The notes under the pieces: model-generated
The model's database searches: none
What the model was told of the DNA's origin: nothing
The model's input: only the letters and a program-made list of their open reading frames with translations
Assembly (NCBI GenBank): GCA_963768885.1
Contig: CAVYJN010000013.1
Location: 389-64,388 of the forward strand
Length of the DNA stretch: 64,000 nucleotides
Reading direction: 5' to 3'
Source: an uncultured Solirubrobacterales bacterium
GTDB lineage: Bacteria > Actinomycetota > Thermoleophilia > Solirubrobacterales > JBBDJG01
Shown: positions 47,557 through 56,503 of the stretch, piece after piece
How the letters are laid out: each line of letters opens with the position of its first letter
How positions within the stretch are numbered: position 1 is the stretch's first letter
Position numbers and translations under genes: made by a program

Positions 47557-49728
47557 ATGCAAAGGGCGGGGCTCTCGGCCACGATCGCAGCGCTCATTCC
47601 GGTCCTGTTTTCCGTACCTGCGCTCGCCGCGCCCGACTACGACGGCGACGGATTCACGGACAACGACTGCCAGCCGCTCGATCCGGCGGCGCACCCCGGC
47701 GCGACCGACGAGCCCGACCTGGCATTCGAAGATCTCGATTGCGATGGCGTGGACGGTACCGCGTCCGACGCGTTCTTCGTCGCCAAGAGCGGTGACGATG
47801 CCGGCACCGGCTCCAAAGGCATCCCGTTCAAGACGATCCAGTTCGCCATAGACCGCGCGGCGGCGGCGTCCCCGATGCGCAACGTGTACGTTGCCGGCGG
47901 CGTGTACACCGAGCGTGTCGTCCTGGCGTCCGGCGTGTCGGTGTACGGCGGCTACAAGCCGGGGGGTGCGCGCGCGGCCGACGAGACGACGACCATCCAG
48001 GCGCCGGCCGGGGTCTCCGAGGCGGTGTTCGCCGACGGCGCCGTCGGCGTCGAGCTGCAGCTGCTCACGGTTCTCGGTGCCGATCTGACCGACGGCGCGA
48101 GCTCGTACGCGATCCGCGCCATCGGCGGCTCGTCGCTGGCGCTGACCGGGGTGACGGCGACGGGCGGGGACGCAGGCGCGGGCGCGACCGGCTCGCCGGG
48201 AGCAGTCGGGGTGAGCGGCGCGGACGGCAAGTGCGGCGGCAGCTCGAGCGCCCAGGGATGCAACGTGGACCTCGGCGGCGGCGCCGGCGGTGCAGGCCAG
48301 CCGCACAACGGTGCCACCGGCGCCAGCTCGCTCTGCCCATCGGGCGGTGGCTGCAACGGCGCGGCCGGCGGTGCCGGTGCGGGGCCCAGCGGTGGCGCCG
48401 GCGGCGGAGGCGGCAGGCCGATCCTGGTGTCGTGCGGCAACCGTCTCATCAGCTCCTGCCATGGTGGCTTCGGCCAGGGCGGCGGCGACGGCGCCGCCGG
48501 GACGCCGGGCGCCGGGGCGGAGTTCGACTCCGCATCGGCCGGCGCCACGTGGGTGAACGCGGGCGCGGCGACAGCGGGGCAGGGCGACGCGACGCCCGGC
48601 TCCGGTGGTGGTGGCGGCGGCTCGGGGAAGTGGGTCGTCGACGCCGATTGCGACTTCCCGGATGTTCCGGGCGGTTCCGGCGGTGGTGGTGGTGGCGGCG
48701 GCGGAGCCGGCGGCGGCGGCGGTGGCGCCGGCAACGGCGGTGGCTCCTTCGGCGTTTACCTGTTCGAGTCCGCTGTGGTGATCGACGGCGGCCTGGTGAG
48801 CGGCGGCGCCGGGGGCGCCGGCGGGACGGGCGGCGCCGGGGGCATCGGCCCCGGCGGGCTCGGCGGGCCAGGGCAACCGGGCTTCACCGCCAGCGGGGGT
48901 CCCGGCTGTAACCTTCAGGCCTTCGACGGCGGCATCGGCGGGCCCGGCGGCGACGGCGGTCAGGGCGGCGGGGGTGGCGGTGGTGCAGGCGGCCCGAGCG
49001 TCGGCGTATTCGCCGCCTCGACCTCGAAGTTCGTGGTCAGCCCGAGCGGAGCCGCCGCCGGCGGCGTCGCCGGAGCCGGCGGGGCGCAGGGCGCGGGCGG
49101 GACATCGCCGGATGCCGCCGGTACCCCGGGCGTCTCCGCGGCGACGCTCGCACAGCCGGGCGCCAACGCGAGCGGGAACGACTTCGACGGCGACGGCAAG
49201 CTCGATGCCGACGACGCGTGCCCCGCCGTTGCCGGTGATGGGGCCGACGGCTGCCGCACGCGCACCCCTGTGCTTGCCGACCTGGACGGCGACGGCGTTC
49301 CCGACTCGGCTGATGGCTGCCCGGCGGCGGCGACCGGGGGTCAGCCCTGCGACGACGGCAACGTCTGCTCCGCAAGCGACACCTGTGCGGCCGACGCAGC
49401 CACGTGCATGCCCGGAGCGCCCCTCGCCCTCGGCGCCGCCGGCACCGCGGTCGGCGCGGAGGGGACGGCGGGCACGAGCGCATGCGCGGGGGATCGCGGC
49501 AAGAAGAAGGCGGTCCTGCGCGCGCTCTCCCAGGTCTCGAAGGCGCTCGGGAAGGCGGGCGACGCCACCACGGAGAGGAAGCGCGCGAAGCAGCTCAAGC
49601 AGGCGAAGCGCTTCGTGGGCAAGGCCGAGAAGAGTCTCCCGAAGGCGCAGGCCAAGGCGTCGGCAGCGTGCGGGTCGGTGCTCGCGGGCGCGGTGACTTC
49701 GGCGAAGGCGCTTCTGGCCTGCTTCTGA
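47557..49728 (+). CDS. large secreted glycine-rich protein (DUF1565-like beta-helix N-domain, TSP3-like Asp repeats, Lys-rich tail)
   Basis: Signal peptide MQRAGLSATIAALIPVLFSVPALA. DYDGDGFTDNDC.., FFVAKSGDDAGTGSKGIPFKTIQFAIDRA.., a long GGxGG low-complexity region, DFDGDGKLDADDAC..DLDGDGVPDSADGC. The ORF stays open upstream to 47368. Confidence 0.8.
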   Translation: MQRAGLSATIAALIPVLFSVPALAAPDYDGDGFTDNDCQPLDPAAHPGATDEPDLAFEDLDCDGVDGTASDAFFVAKSGDDAGTGSKGIPFKTIQFAIDRAAAASPMRNVYVAGGVYTERVVLASGVSVYGGYKPGGARAADETTTIQAPAGVSEAVFADGAVGVELQLLTVLGADLTDGASSYAIRAIGGSSLALTGVTATGGDAGAGATGSPGAVGVSGADGKCGGSSSAQGCNVDLGGGAGGAGQPHNGATGASSLCPSGGGCNGAAGGAGAGPSGGAGGGGGRPILVSCGNRLISSCHGGFGQGGGDGAAGTPGAGAEFDSASAGATWVNAGAATAGQGDATPGSGGGGGGSGKWVVDADCDFPDVPGGSGGGGGGGGGAGGGGGGAGNGGGSFGVYLFESAVVIDGGLVSGGAGGAGGTGGAGGIGPGGLGGPGQPGFTASGGPGCNLQAFDGGIGGPGGDGGQGGGGGGGAGGPSVGVFAASTSKFVVSPSGAAAGGVAGAGGAQGAGGTSPDAAGTPGVSAATLAQPGANASGNDFDGDGKLDADDACPAVAGDGADGCRTRTPVLADLDGDGVPDSADGCPAAATGGQPCDDGNVCSASDTCAADAATCMPGAPLALGAAGTAVGAEGTAGTSACAGDRGKKKAVLRALSQVSKALGKAGDATTERKRAKQLKQAKRFVGKAEKSLPKAQAKASAACGSVLAGAVTSAKALLACF

Positions 49729-49872
49729 CGTCGCCGTCGCTCGCTGCGCGACGGACGTAGCTGCGCCCGGAACGGGCGCGCCCGCGCAATAGGCGTGCGT
49801 GCCCTGCTCGTCTGATCGGCTATCAGCCGGCCGCTACCCCGAAGGTAGCCGATCAGTTCGAGGAGGATCCGT

Positions 49873-50496
49873 ATGAAGCAGAGCTGGTTCAGAGTGGCGC
49901 AGACCCCGCCGCACCGGTGGCGCACCAGGTACATCGCGGCGTTTGCCGGCGCTTGCCTGGGCCTGCTGCCCGTGGGTGTCCGTGCCCACGACTACCGTCG
50001 CCCGACTGTGCCGCCCGATCTCGAGGTGTCCGCGGAGCACAAGCTGTTCCTCGTCGGGCATGCCGTCGGCACCCAGAACTACGTGTGCCTCGGCTCCGTG
50101 GGCGGCGTCGGCCTGTGGGCCCAGTTCGGGCCGCAGGCGACGTTGTTCGACGATCGCGACGAGCAGATCGTGACGCATTTCCTGAGCGAGGATCCCGACG
50201 AGGAGGACACGCTGCGTCCCACCTGGCAGCACTCGAAGGATACGAGCGCGGTGTGGGCCGCTCAGGTCGCGATCTCTACCGACCCCGCCTTCGTCGAGCA
50301 GGGTGCGATTCCCTGGCTGAAGCTCGAGGTGAAGACAGCCCGGCTCGGGCCCAATAGAGGGCGACGCCTCGCCGACACCACCTACATCCAGCGGGTGCAC
50401 ACCTCGGGAGGCCTGAAGCCTACGACCGATTGCCTCCTCGGCGACAGGAAGTTGGTGCCGTACTCGACCGACTACTACTTCTACAAGGCCCGCTGA
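49873..50496 (+). CDS. DUF3455 family secreted protein
   Basis: ATG after AGGAGG. ..FLVGHAVGTQNYVC.. and ..YSTDYYFYK are hallmarks of this family. Confidence 0.8.
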   Translation: MKQSWFRVAQTPPHRWRTRYIAAFAGACLGLLPVGVRAHDYRRPTVPPDLEVSAEHKLFLVGHAVGTQNYVCLGSVGGVGLWAQFGPQATLFDDRDEQIVTHFLSEDPDEEDTLRPTWQHSKDTSAVWAAQVAISTDPAFVEQGAIPWLKLEVKTARLGPNRGRRLADTTYIQRVHTSGGLKPTTDCLLGDRKLVPYSTDYYFYKAR

Positions 50497-51027
50497 GGAG
50501 CAGGCGAGCACTGTCTCATCCGCCTGCCCCGCCGACAGGCACTGCGTCGGCGGCGGCAGGCGGAGTGCGTGAGGTCGGCCCACTCGACTCGCCGGGGCTT
50601 CCACGCCCGGCGCGTGCCGTGGTACCGCGGCCTCGAAGTCGCCCGCCGCGGGGAAGCCGTCGGCGACCTTCGTGGCGGGAGGAGCGGCGATGCCGGTGCC
50701 GGCGCTCGGCACGCTGCCGGCGCCAATCACCGTGCAGCTCGTCGATCACGACTCCGCGGTCTGCCTGCAGACGGTCTTCGCGGCGGACGATTTGACGGCC
50801 AATACCGCCACGAAGCTCAAGGCGAGGTTCACCGCGCCCTGACGGGCGAGTCGCAGACGGCTCCGGCAGCTCGCCGATGACGCGTTCGCCCATGCGTTGC
50901 GCACGGACCGGACGAAGGTCACAGCATCGGCGAGCCTCATTCATCGCATTCCTTCGGGCGGCATGGCATCATGAGGACAGCCGCCTGGCGCGGGAGCGGT
51001 CAGGGGTTCGAGGGGGAGGAGGAAGCA

Positions 51028-51585
51028 ATGCGATACGGTGGGGTTCCGTTCCTGGTGCACTGGACCGATTCGGAGGCGAGCGTAGAGCAGGCGCAGGGTG
51101 TGAGGGCGTCGGCGATCGCCGAGTGGCATAGTGGCAACTATGCCGGGGCTATGATCGGGGGGCTCTTCTCACAGGTGGCCCGATCCAACGGCGACGGCGG
51201 TGGAAATGTGGCCGGGATGCGCGTTGCCGGGATCGTCAGTGGAAACGACGGCGATCTGACCGGGGTGAGCGCGTCGGGAGTCTACAACTACGTGACGGCC
51301 AACCTCCTGAACGGTCTCTCGCTCTCGTGGGGAGCCAACATCGTCGGCGGGCGACTGAACGGGTTCTCGGCCGCCGGGTTGTACAACTACGCGGGTACCA
51401 ATGGGAGGCTCGCCGTGCAGATCGGCGCCTTCAACAACTTGAACCACTACGATCCGGACGGGACGGTGGTGCAGGTCGGCTGGTACAATCGCGCCGCCGA
51501 CCAGTCGATCCCATTCCTGAACGTCAAGGGGATCAGCAACCTCTTCGAGCAACCGCTCCGGCGGCTGCGCGGCAAGAGTGGGTGA
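51028..51585 (+). CDS. Gly/Asn-rich repeat protein (surface-repeat-like), hypothetical
   Basis: ATG after GGGGGAGGAGGA. Degenerate repeats ..G(V/L)(S/Y)NY(A/V)....LNG.S.. and ..LAVQIGAFNN.. Lower GC. Confidence 0.5.
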   Translation: MRYGGVPFLVHWTDSEASVEQAQGVRASAIAEWHSGNYAGAMIGGLFSQVARSNGDGGGNVAGMRVAGIVSGNDGDLTGVSASGVYNYVTANLLNGLSLSWGANIVGGRLNGFSAAGLYNYAGTNGRLAVQIGAFNNLNHYDPDGTVVQVGWYNRAADQSIPFLNVKGISNLFEQPLRRLRGKSG

Positions 51586-51663
51586 CGCGCGCTTTTCCGC
51601 TGAGCGCGTGACGAGAGCGCCGCCCGCTATCGGTCGGTGGGTGCACGCTGGTAAGGACGTTCC

Positions 51664-52825
51664 ATGTCCAGGAAGTACCAGGTCATCTCCGCCGACGGGC
51701 ACCTGGAGATTCCGCCCGATCCCTGGATGCGGCACGTCCCGAGCGCCTACCGGGACCTGGCGCCGCGTCTGGTGAAGCTGCCCGAAGGGGGAGAGGCGTG
51801 GATCGTCGAGGGACTGCCGTTGATCCACAACGGCCAGAACCTCGCTGCCGGTCGCACGGTGAAGCTCAAGGGAGTGTCGTACTGGAATGCGGACGGCAGC
51901 GCCGGTCCCGGTACGGGCGACGCCCGGCAACGGCTCCGCGAGCAGGACGAGGACGGAATCGACGCCGAGGTCCTCTACCCGCCGGTCTTCATCGGAAAGT
52001 TGATCGAGCAGATCTCGGACAAGCGGGCGTATCTCGCCATGGTGAGGGCCTACAACGATTTCCTGGCGGAGTACTGCGCGATCGCCCCCGACCGGCTCAT
52101 CGGGACCGCGGTGATGCCGGTCACCGGCCTCGACGACGCCGTGGCGGAGCTCCGGCGCTGCCGGGACCTCGGTCTCCGCGCGACCTCGCTCAGCATGTTC
52201 CCGAGCGGCGGCGGCGCCCCGAAGCCGGAGGACGACCGGTTCTGGGAGAGCGCGCTGGCCCTCGAGATGAAGATCGCCGCGCACGTCACCTTCGGAGGCC
52301 GGGAGAAGGTGAATCCCCTCCTTGTCGCGTCGGCGACCGCGAACTTCGACCTGGTGACCGCGATGGTCTCGCGCACGATGCCCGGGCCCGCTCACCCTGA
52401 TCGCGCTGATGGCCGCCTCGGGAATTTTCGACCGCCTCCCGGCTCTCGAGATCTACCTCGCCGAGACGAACGCCGGATGGATGCCGGAGAGCTTCTACAT
52501 GATGGACGACTCGTACCGGCTCCTCCGGGAGTGGTACGGCGCGAGCCTGGCCATGCCCCCGAGCGAGTACGCCGCACGCCACTTCTACTTCGGGATCGTA
52601 CGCGACCCGGTCGCGCTCCAGATGCGTGATCTACTGCCCGCCCAGCGGCTCATGTGGGGGTCCGACTTCCCGCACTCGGTCACCTCCTTTCCGCGCAGTC
52701 GGGAATGGCTGGAGACGATCTTCGACGGCGTGCCGGCCGAGCTCAGGCGGCGGATCCTGGTGGAGAATCCGTGCCGGTTCTTCGGGCTGGAGCCGGATCG
52801 GGCGATCACACCGACGCCGGGGTGA
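51664..52825 (+). pseudogene. amidohydrolase-2 (ACMSD-like) family protein, one frameshift
   Basis: MSRKYQVISADGHLEIPPD.. metal-binding start, and ..MWGSDFPHSV.. Frame change near 52388 (..MVSRTMPGP|LTLIALMAASGIFDRLP..). Confidence 0.8.
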
Positions 52826-52844
52826 GCGTCGTCTCGACCATCGC

Positions 52845-53348
52845 TCAGCGCCCCCGGCCGCCCGAGAGGCCGTCCTCGCCGAAGCCGCCGGCCGGTCCTT
52901 CGCCGCCGGGGCCGAGCCGACCCTCGGGCCCGAGGTGACCCTTGCCCGGAACGTGGTTCACCTCGACGCGGATCCCGTCCGGGTCCTCGAACAGCAGCGA
53001 GTAGTAGCCGGGCGCGAAGTGTGGCGCGTCCTCGGGCGGGTGCACGATGCGCGCGCCGAGCTCGTCGACCAGGAAGCGATGGATGGCGTCGACGTCCTCG
53101 CGGCCCCGCGCGCGGAAGCAGAGATGGTGGAGGCCCGCGCGGCGCTGGTCGAACGCGCCGCCGCTCCTTGCCTCCTCGTCCGCGCGGACGAGGATGCCGG
53201 TGCGGCTCCCGATGCAGTAGACGATCCCGTCGCCCTTGATGAGCGTCTTCATCTCGAGGAAGTGGCAGAGCTTCTCCCAGAACGGGACGCAGGCCGGATC
53301 GTTGACGGTGAGCTGGATGTGGGCGATGCCGTTCACCTCGACGCTCAT
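52845..53348 (-). CDS. VOC (glyoxalase/bleomycin-resistance/dioxygenase) family protein
   Basis: Intact 167 aa. ..GIAHIQLTVND.., ..GLHHLCFRA.., ..YYSLLFEDPDGIRVEV.. Confidence 0.8.
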   Translation of the reverse strand: MSVEVNGIAHIQLTVNDPACVPFWEKLCHFLEMKTLIKGDGIVYCIGSRTGILVRADEEARSGGAFDQRRAGLHHLCFRARGREDVDAIHRFLVDELGARIVHPPEDAPHFAPGYYSLLFEDPDGIRVEVNHVPGKGHLGPEGRLGPGGEGPAGGFGEDGLSGGRGR

Positions 53349-53418
53349 GGCTCGCTCTTCGCGGATGCGTGGCGGTCATGCAATGGGGCGTCCCGTCGAA
53401 GCGCTCGCTGTCGAAGGC

Positions 53419-54245
53419 TCACGACCGGGCGGCTTCGTCGGGACGCGGCTCGAGGCGCGGAGCGAGGGGCCACCGCCAGCTCGCGGGCGGCGTGAAGCGC
53501 GTCCAGGCGCCCTCGGGCTGCGCGAGCCGATCGGCGATCGTGAGCAGGGCGACGGGGTGGTGCCCGATGCCGAGGTGGCTGCTCGCGACCTCGATGTTCT
53601 CGCTCTCCGGGCCCTCCTCGAGGCGGCAGCTCTGCCAGGCGACGATCCCGTCGCTGCGGCTGTAGATGGCCGTCGTCGGCACGGGCAGGGTCTCGTCGCA
53701 GGATCTGCCGGTAGTCGGCCTCGTCGGGGAGCGGCCGCCGCCGCGCCACCCCGTGGAGGAAGCGCGGCACGTTCGTCGCCTCGACGTCGCGGAAGGGGCT
53801 CGCGAGCGTGATGACCTGCCGGACGTCCTCGGGGAAGCGGCGGGCCAGCTCTCGGGCGTAGATGCCGCCGAGGCTCCAGCCGATGAGGCTCACGCGCCGC
53901 CCGTATCGCCTGCGGATCGTGCCGAGGCGCTCGACCATGCGCGCCGCGAGCTCGGGCGAGGGGCCGAGGTTCCGCTCGAGGCTGCCAGCCGTGCGCCGCG
54001 TAGCCGAGGTCGCGGAGGAAGCGGCGGAGGGCGCGGGTCGAGAAGTCGGTCGCCATGAAGCCCGGGAAGACGAGCACGGGCTGCCCGTCGCCGCGCGGTG
54101 CGCGCCGGAGGAAGGGATACGCCGAGAGGGTCGCGGCGAGCTCGAGCAACGCCCGCCCCTCGAGGAGGAGCAAGCGCCGATGCGGCGGCGCGATGCGCTC
54201 GTCCATCACCGACGTGAGCAGCCTACGTGCCAGGGCGAAACGCAC
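53419..54245 (-). pseudogene. alpha/beta hydrolase, two frameshifts
   Basis: ..QPVLVFPGFMATDFSTRALRRFLRDLGYAAHGW.., ..VSLIGWSLGGIYARELARRFPEDVRQVITLASPF.. and ..PTTAIYSRSDGIVAW.. lie in three frames. Confidence 0.7.
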
Positions 54246-54318
54246 CAGCGCTCAAGGGGCGCGTTCCCAGGTTTGGCTCGCGTGTGCGCCTGCTGTCTCA
54301 GGTGCGGGAAACGCCCGG

Positions 54319-55610
54319 TCAGCGTGCGCGGCCGGTCCCGGCCGCGGCTCCGGGATGATCGCATGCGCCGGGATCGCCCGCGCGGCACGCCGCGGCCGCG
54401 AAGCGGTGCGACGTCGCGGGATCCACGGGCGAGTAGAGGGCGGCGAGGCGCGAGCAGTCGTCGGCGTCCCGGTCGGCGCAGCCGCGGTAGAGCAACGCGG
54501 TGGCGCGAGCCGAGAGCCGCTCGGTCTCGTCGGCGCCGCATCCGTCTCCCGCGCGGGGGTAGACGAGGCGATCGACGCAGAGCGCCGCGAGGTAGGCGCA
54601 GCCATGCCCGTCGCCGGCGTCGCATGCGGCCTCGGCGAGGTCGGCGGCCCGCGCCACGTCTCGTCGGAGCCCGTCGTCGCTCACGTAGAGCTGCGAGAGC
54701 GCCGCGCAGCCGCGGGCATCGCCGCCCGCGCAGGCCTGGCGGAGGAGGACCCAGGCGCGGCCTGCGTCGTCCCCCGCCGGGACCCGCCTTCCGGCGTGCA
54801 GCAGGCCGGCGCGCGTGCAGCTCGCCATGTCGCCCGCCGCGCATCGGCGCGTGCAATCCACGGCGTCGCCGGCCCGGCAGCGCGCCCGTGCGGCGACGAG
54901 CCGCCGCGGGGCGACGGCCGGCCGCTCGTCCGCGGGGGTGGCGAAGGGCGCGAGCGCGCGCGCGATCGTCGCGTAGAGCTCGCGGAGCCACCGGGGCGCG
55001 CGGTGGCTCGCGTGTACGCGACGCCGGCGTCGACACGCCGGAGATCCGCCGGGCTGATGACGACCTCGACGTGCTCCGTCCCGATCCGGGCGGTGAGGGC
55101 GAAGAGCTCCTCCACCTCGCGGTCGCCGACCGGCAGGCAGCCGTCCGACACGCTGCCCCCGTGAATCATGATGTCGCCGCCCAGGCGCGTGCGGCCATCC
55201 TCCCCGGCGCGCGCTCGGTCGAAGGCGCTCGGGTAGTCGAGCCGCAGCGACAGGTGGTAGCGGCTCTCGGGATTCAGCGCGTCGATCCGGTAGACGCCTT
55301 CCGGCACCTGGTGGTCACCCTCGCGGAGCTTCGGCCCGAGCCGGCCGCTCGCGGCTTGCACGAGGTAGGAGCGGACGAAGCGCCACCCGTCGCCGGCGTC
55401 GGCCCAGAGCTCGAGCCGCGCCTCGCTCTTTAGGGCGATGAGCGTGACCGCGCGCGGCGGATAGGCGACCTCGCGGGCGGCAAAGCCCGCGGCGAGTCGT
55501 GCCTCGGCCTCGGCGAGCACCGACGGCGGCACCGTTGCGAGGGCGGCGGCCCGAGCGCCGAGGCCTGCGGCCAGCGCCACCGTCGCCATGCCGGCCCCCC
55601 ACCGTCTCAT
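54319..55610 (-). pseudogene. L,D-transpeptidase (YkuD) fused to a Sel1-like cysteine-rich repeat domain, one frameshift
   Basis: Signal peptide MRRWGAGMATVALAAGLGA.. ..GDIMIHGGSVSDGCLPVGD.. catalytic motif. Frame change near 55012. Then repeats ..CAAGDMASCTRAGLL..ACAGGDARGCAALSQLY..ACDAGDGHGCAYLAAL.. Confidence 0.7.
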
Positions 55611-55694
55611 CCTCAACCTCCGTCCCGTCCGCCGCGCGGCCGTCGAGTAGCGCGGTTAACGAAGTCCCGTCAAGCGAATACGGACGACGCTCTC

Positions 55695-56030
55695 GTGCGC
55701 CGAGGTGCCGCCCTGCCGGTGCTCGTCCTGGCGCTCGGGGTGGCCGCGGACGCGCATCCCACCCGCCTCACCGCCTGCACGCTCAGCTTCCACACCCCCG
55801 ACGAGGTGCGCGTGTTCCAATCGAACCTCTCCGCGGAGGACCTTCCGACGCCCGTGCGCCGCGCGAAGTTGCACCGCGGGGCGCAGGAACCACCAGCGAC
55901 GAGGCGCATTCGACTCGACCTCGAAACCGCAGTCGGCGCGGACGGCACCGCGGGCACGAGTGCATGCGTGGGGGATCGCGGCAAGAAGAAGCCCGATCCG
56001 GATCGTGCCATTACGCCGACGCGGGGCTGA
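55695..56030 (+). other. mosaic ORF assembled from unrelated gene remnants
   Basis: A signal-like N-terminus (RRGAALPVLVLALGVAADA) is followed by patches matching 33618-33637 (20/20 nt), 49447-49510 (about 90% over 63 nt) and 52793-52825 (27/33 nt, giving PDRAITPT[R/P]G*). Confidence 0.4.
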
Positions 56031-56063
56031 GAAGCGGGCACCGGCCCATCCGTGGGGGCCCGG

Positions 56064-56354
56064 TCAGGTGCCCGTCGCGCGCAGACAGGCCTTTCCGCAG
56101 TCGAACGGGGCCCCGCCCTTGAATATTCCGCAACGAAGCACGTCCGTGCGGGTCCCGTTGGGGGCGAGCCCGAACAGCACCTTCACCATGCGGCGCTGGA
56201 CCGGGCAACGTAGGCGTCGGCGCTCCTCGTAGGCGTGCTTTGCTGCCCAGAGAACGAAGCCGATCATGGTCAGGATCCCCACGACGACCGAGAACAGCAT
56301 GACGAGCAACTGCGTGGACGAAATCATCGAGGGCATCTGCGCGGCGGCGTCCAT
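56064..56354 (-). CDS. small membrane-anchored cysteine-containing protein
   Basis: ATG lies 7 nt after AGGAGG. MDAAAQMPSMISSTQLLVMLFSVVVGILTMIGFVLWAA.., then a CPVQ...C...CGKAC tail. Confidence 0.5.
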   Translation of the reverse strand: MDAAAQMPSMISSTQLLVMLFSVVVGILTMIGFVLWAAKHAYEERRRLRCPVQRRMVKVLFGLAPNGTRTDVLRCGIFKGGAPFDCGKACLRATGT

Positions 56355-56377
56355 GACCCTACCTCCTGCCCGGGACG

Positions 56378-56393
56378 AGCATCTCCCGTGCCA
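56378..56393 (-). promoter_or_regulatory. sigma-54-like promoter upstream of the small membrane protein gene
   Basis: The minus strand reads TGGCAC-GGGAG-ATGCT, a perfect -24 and a GC-containing -12. It lies 24 nt upstream of ATG 56354, with the RBS between. Confidence 0.35.
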
Positions 56394-56503
56394 GGACAGC
56401 GGGGAGGAGTCGGCGGCCGTCTTTCGCGCGCTCGGTCTCTCCGGCACGAATTCCGCCCGTGTGCGGTCCCATTGATGAGAACGAGGGGGCGCGGCCCGCC
56501 GCC

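Noticed and set aside
48200-48960. Repetitive GGC/GGT-rich DNA that might be taken for a tandem repeat array or a CRISPR-like structure
   Set aside because: It has no regular repeat-spacer periodicity. It is in frame within an intact secreted-protein ORF and encodes glycine-rich low-complexity sequence.
50497-51027. Possible minus-strand gene between the DUF3455 gene and the repeat protein (ORFs 50516..50944 and 50746..50940)
   Set aside because: The translations in all frames are Arg/Ala-rich or interrupted, and I could not recognise any family or consistent frame. I left it unannotated rather than guess.
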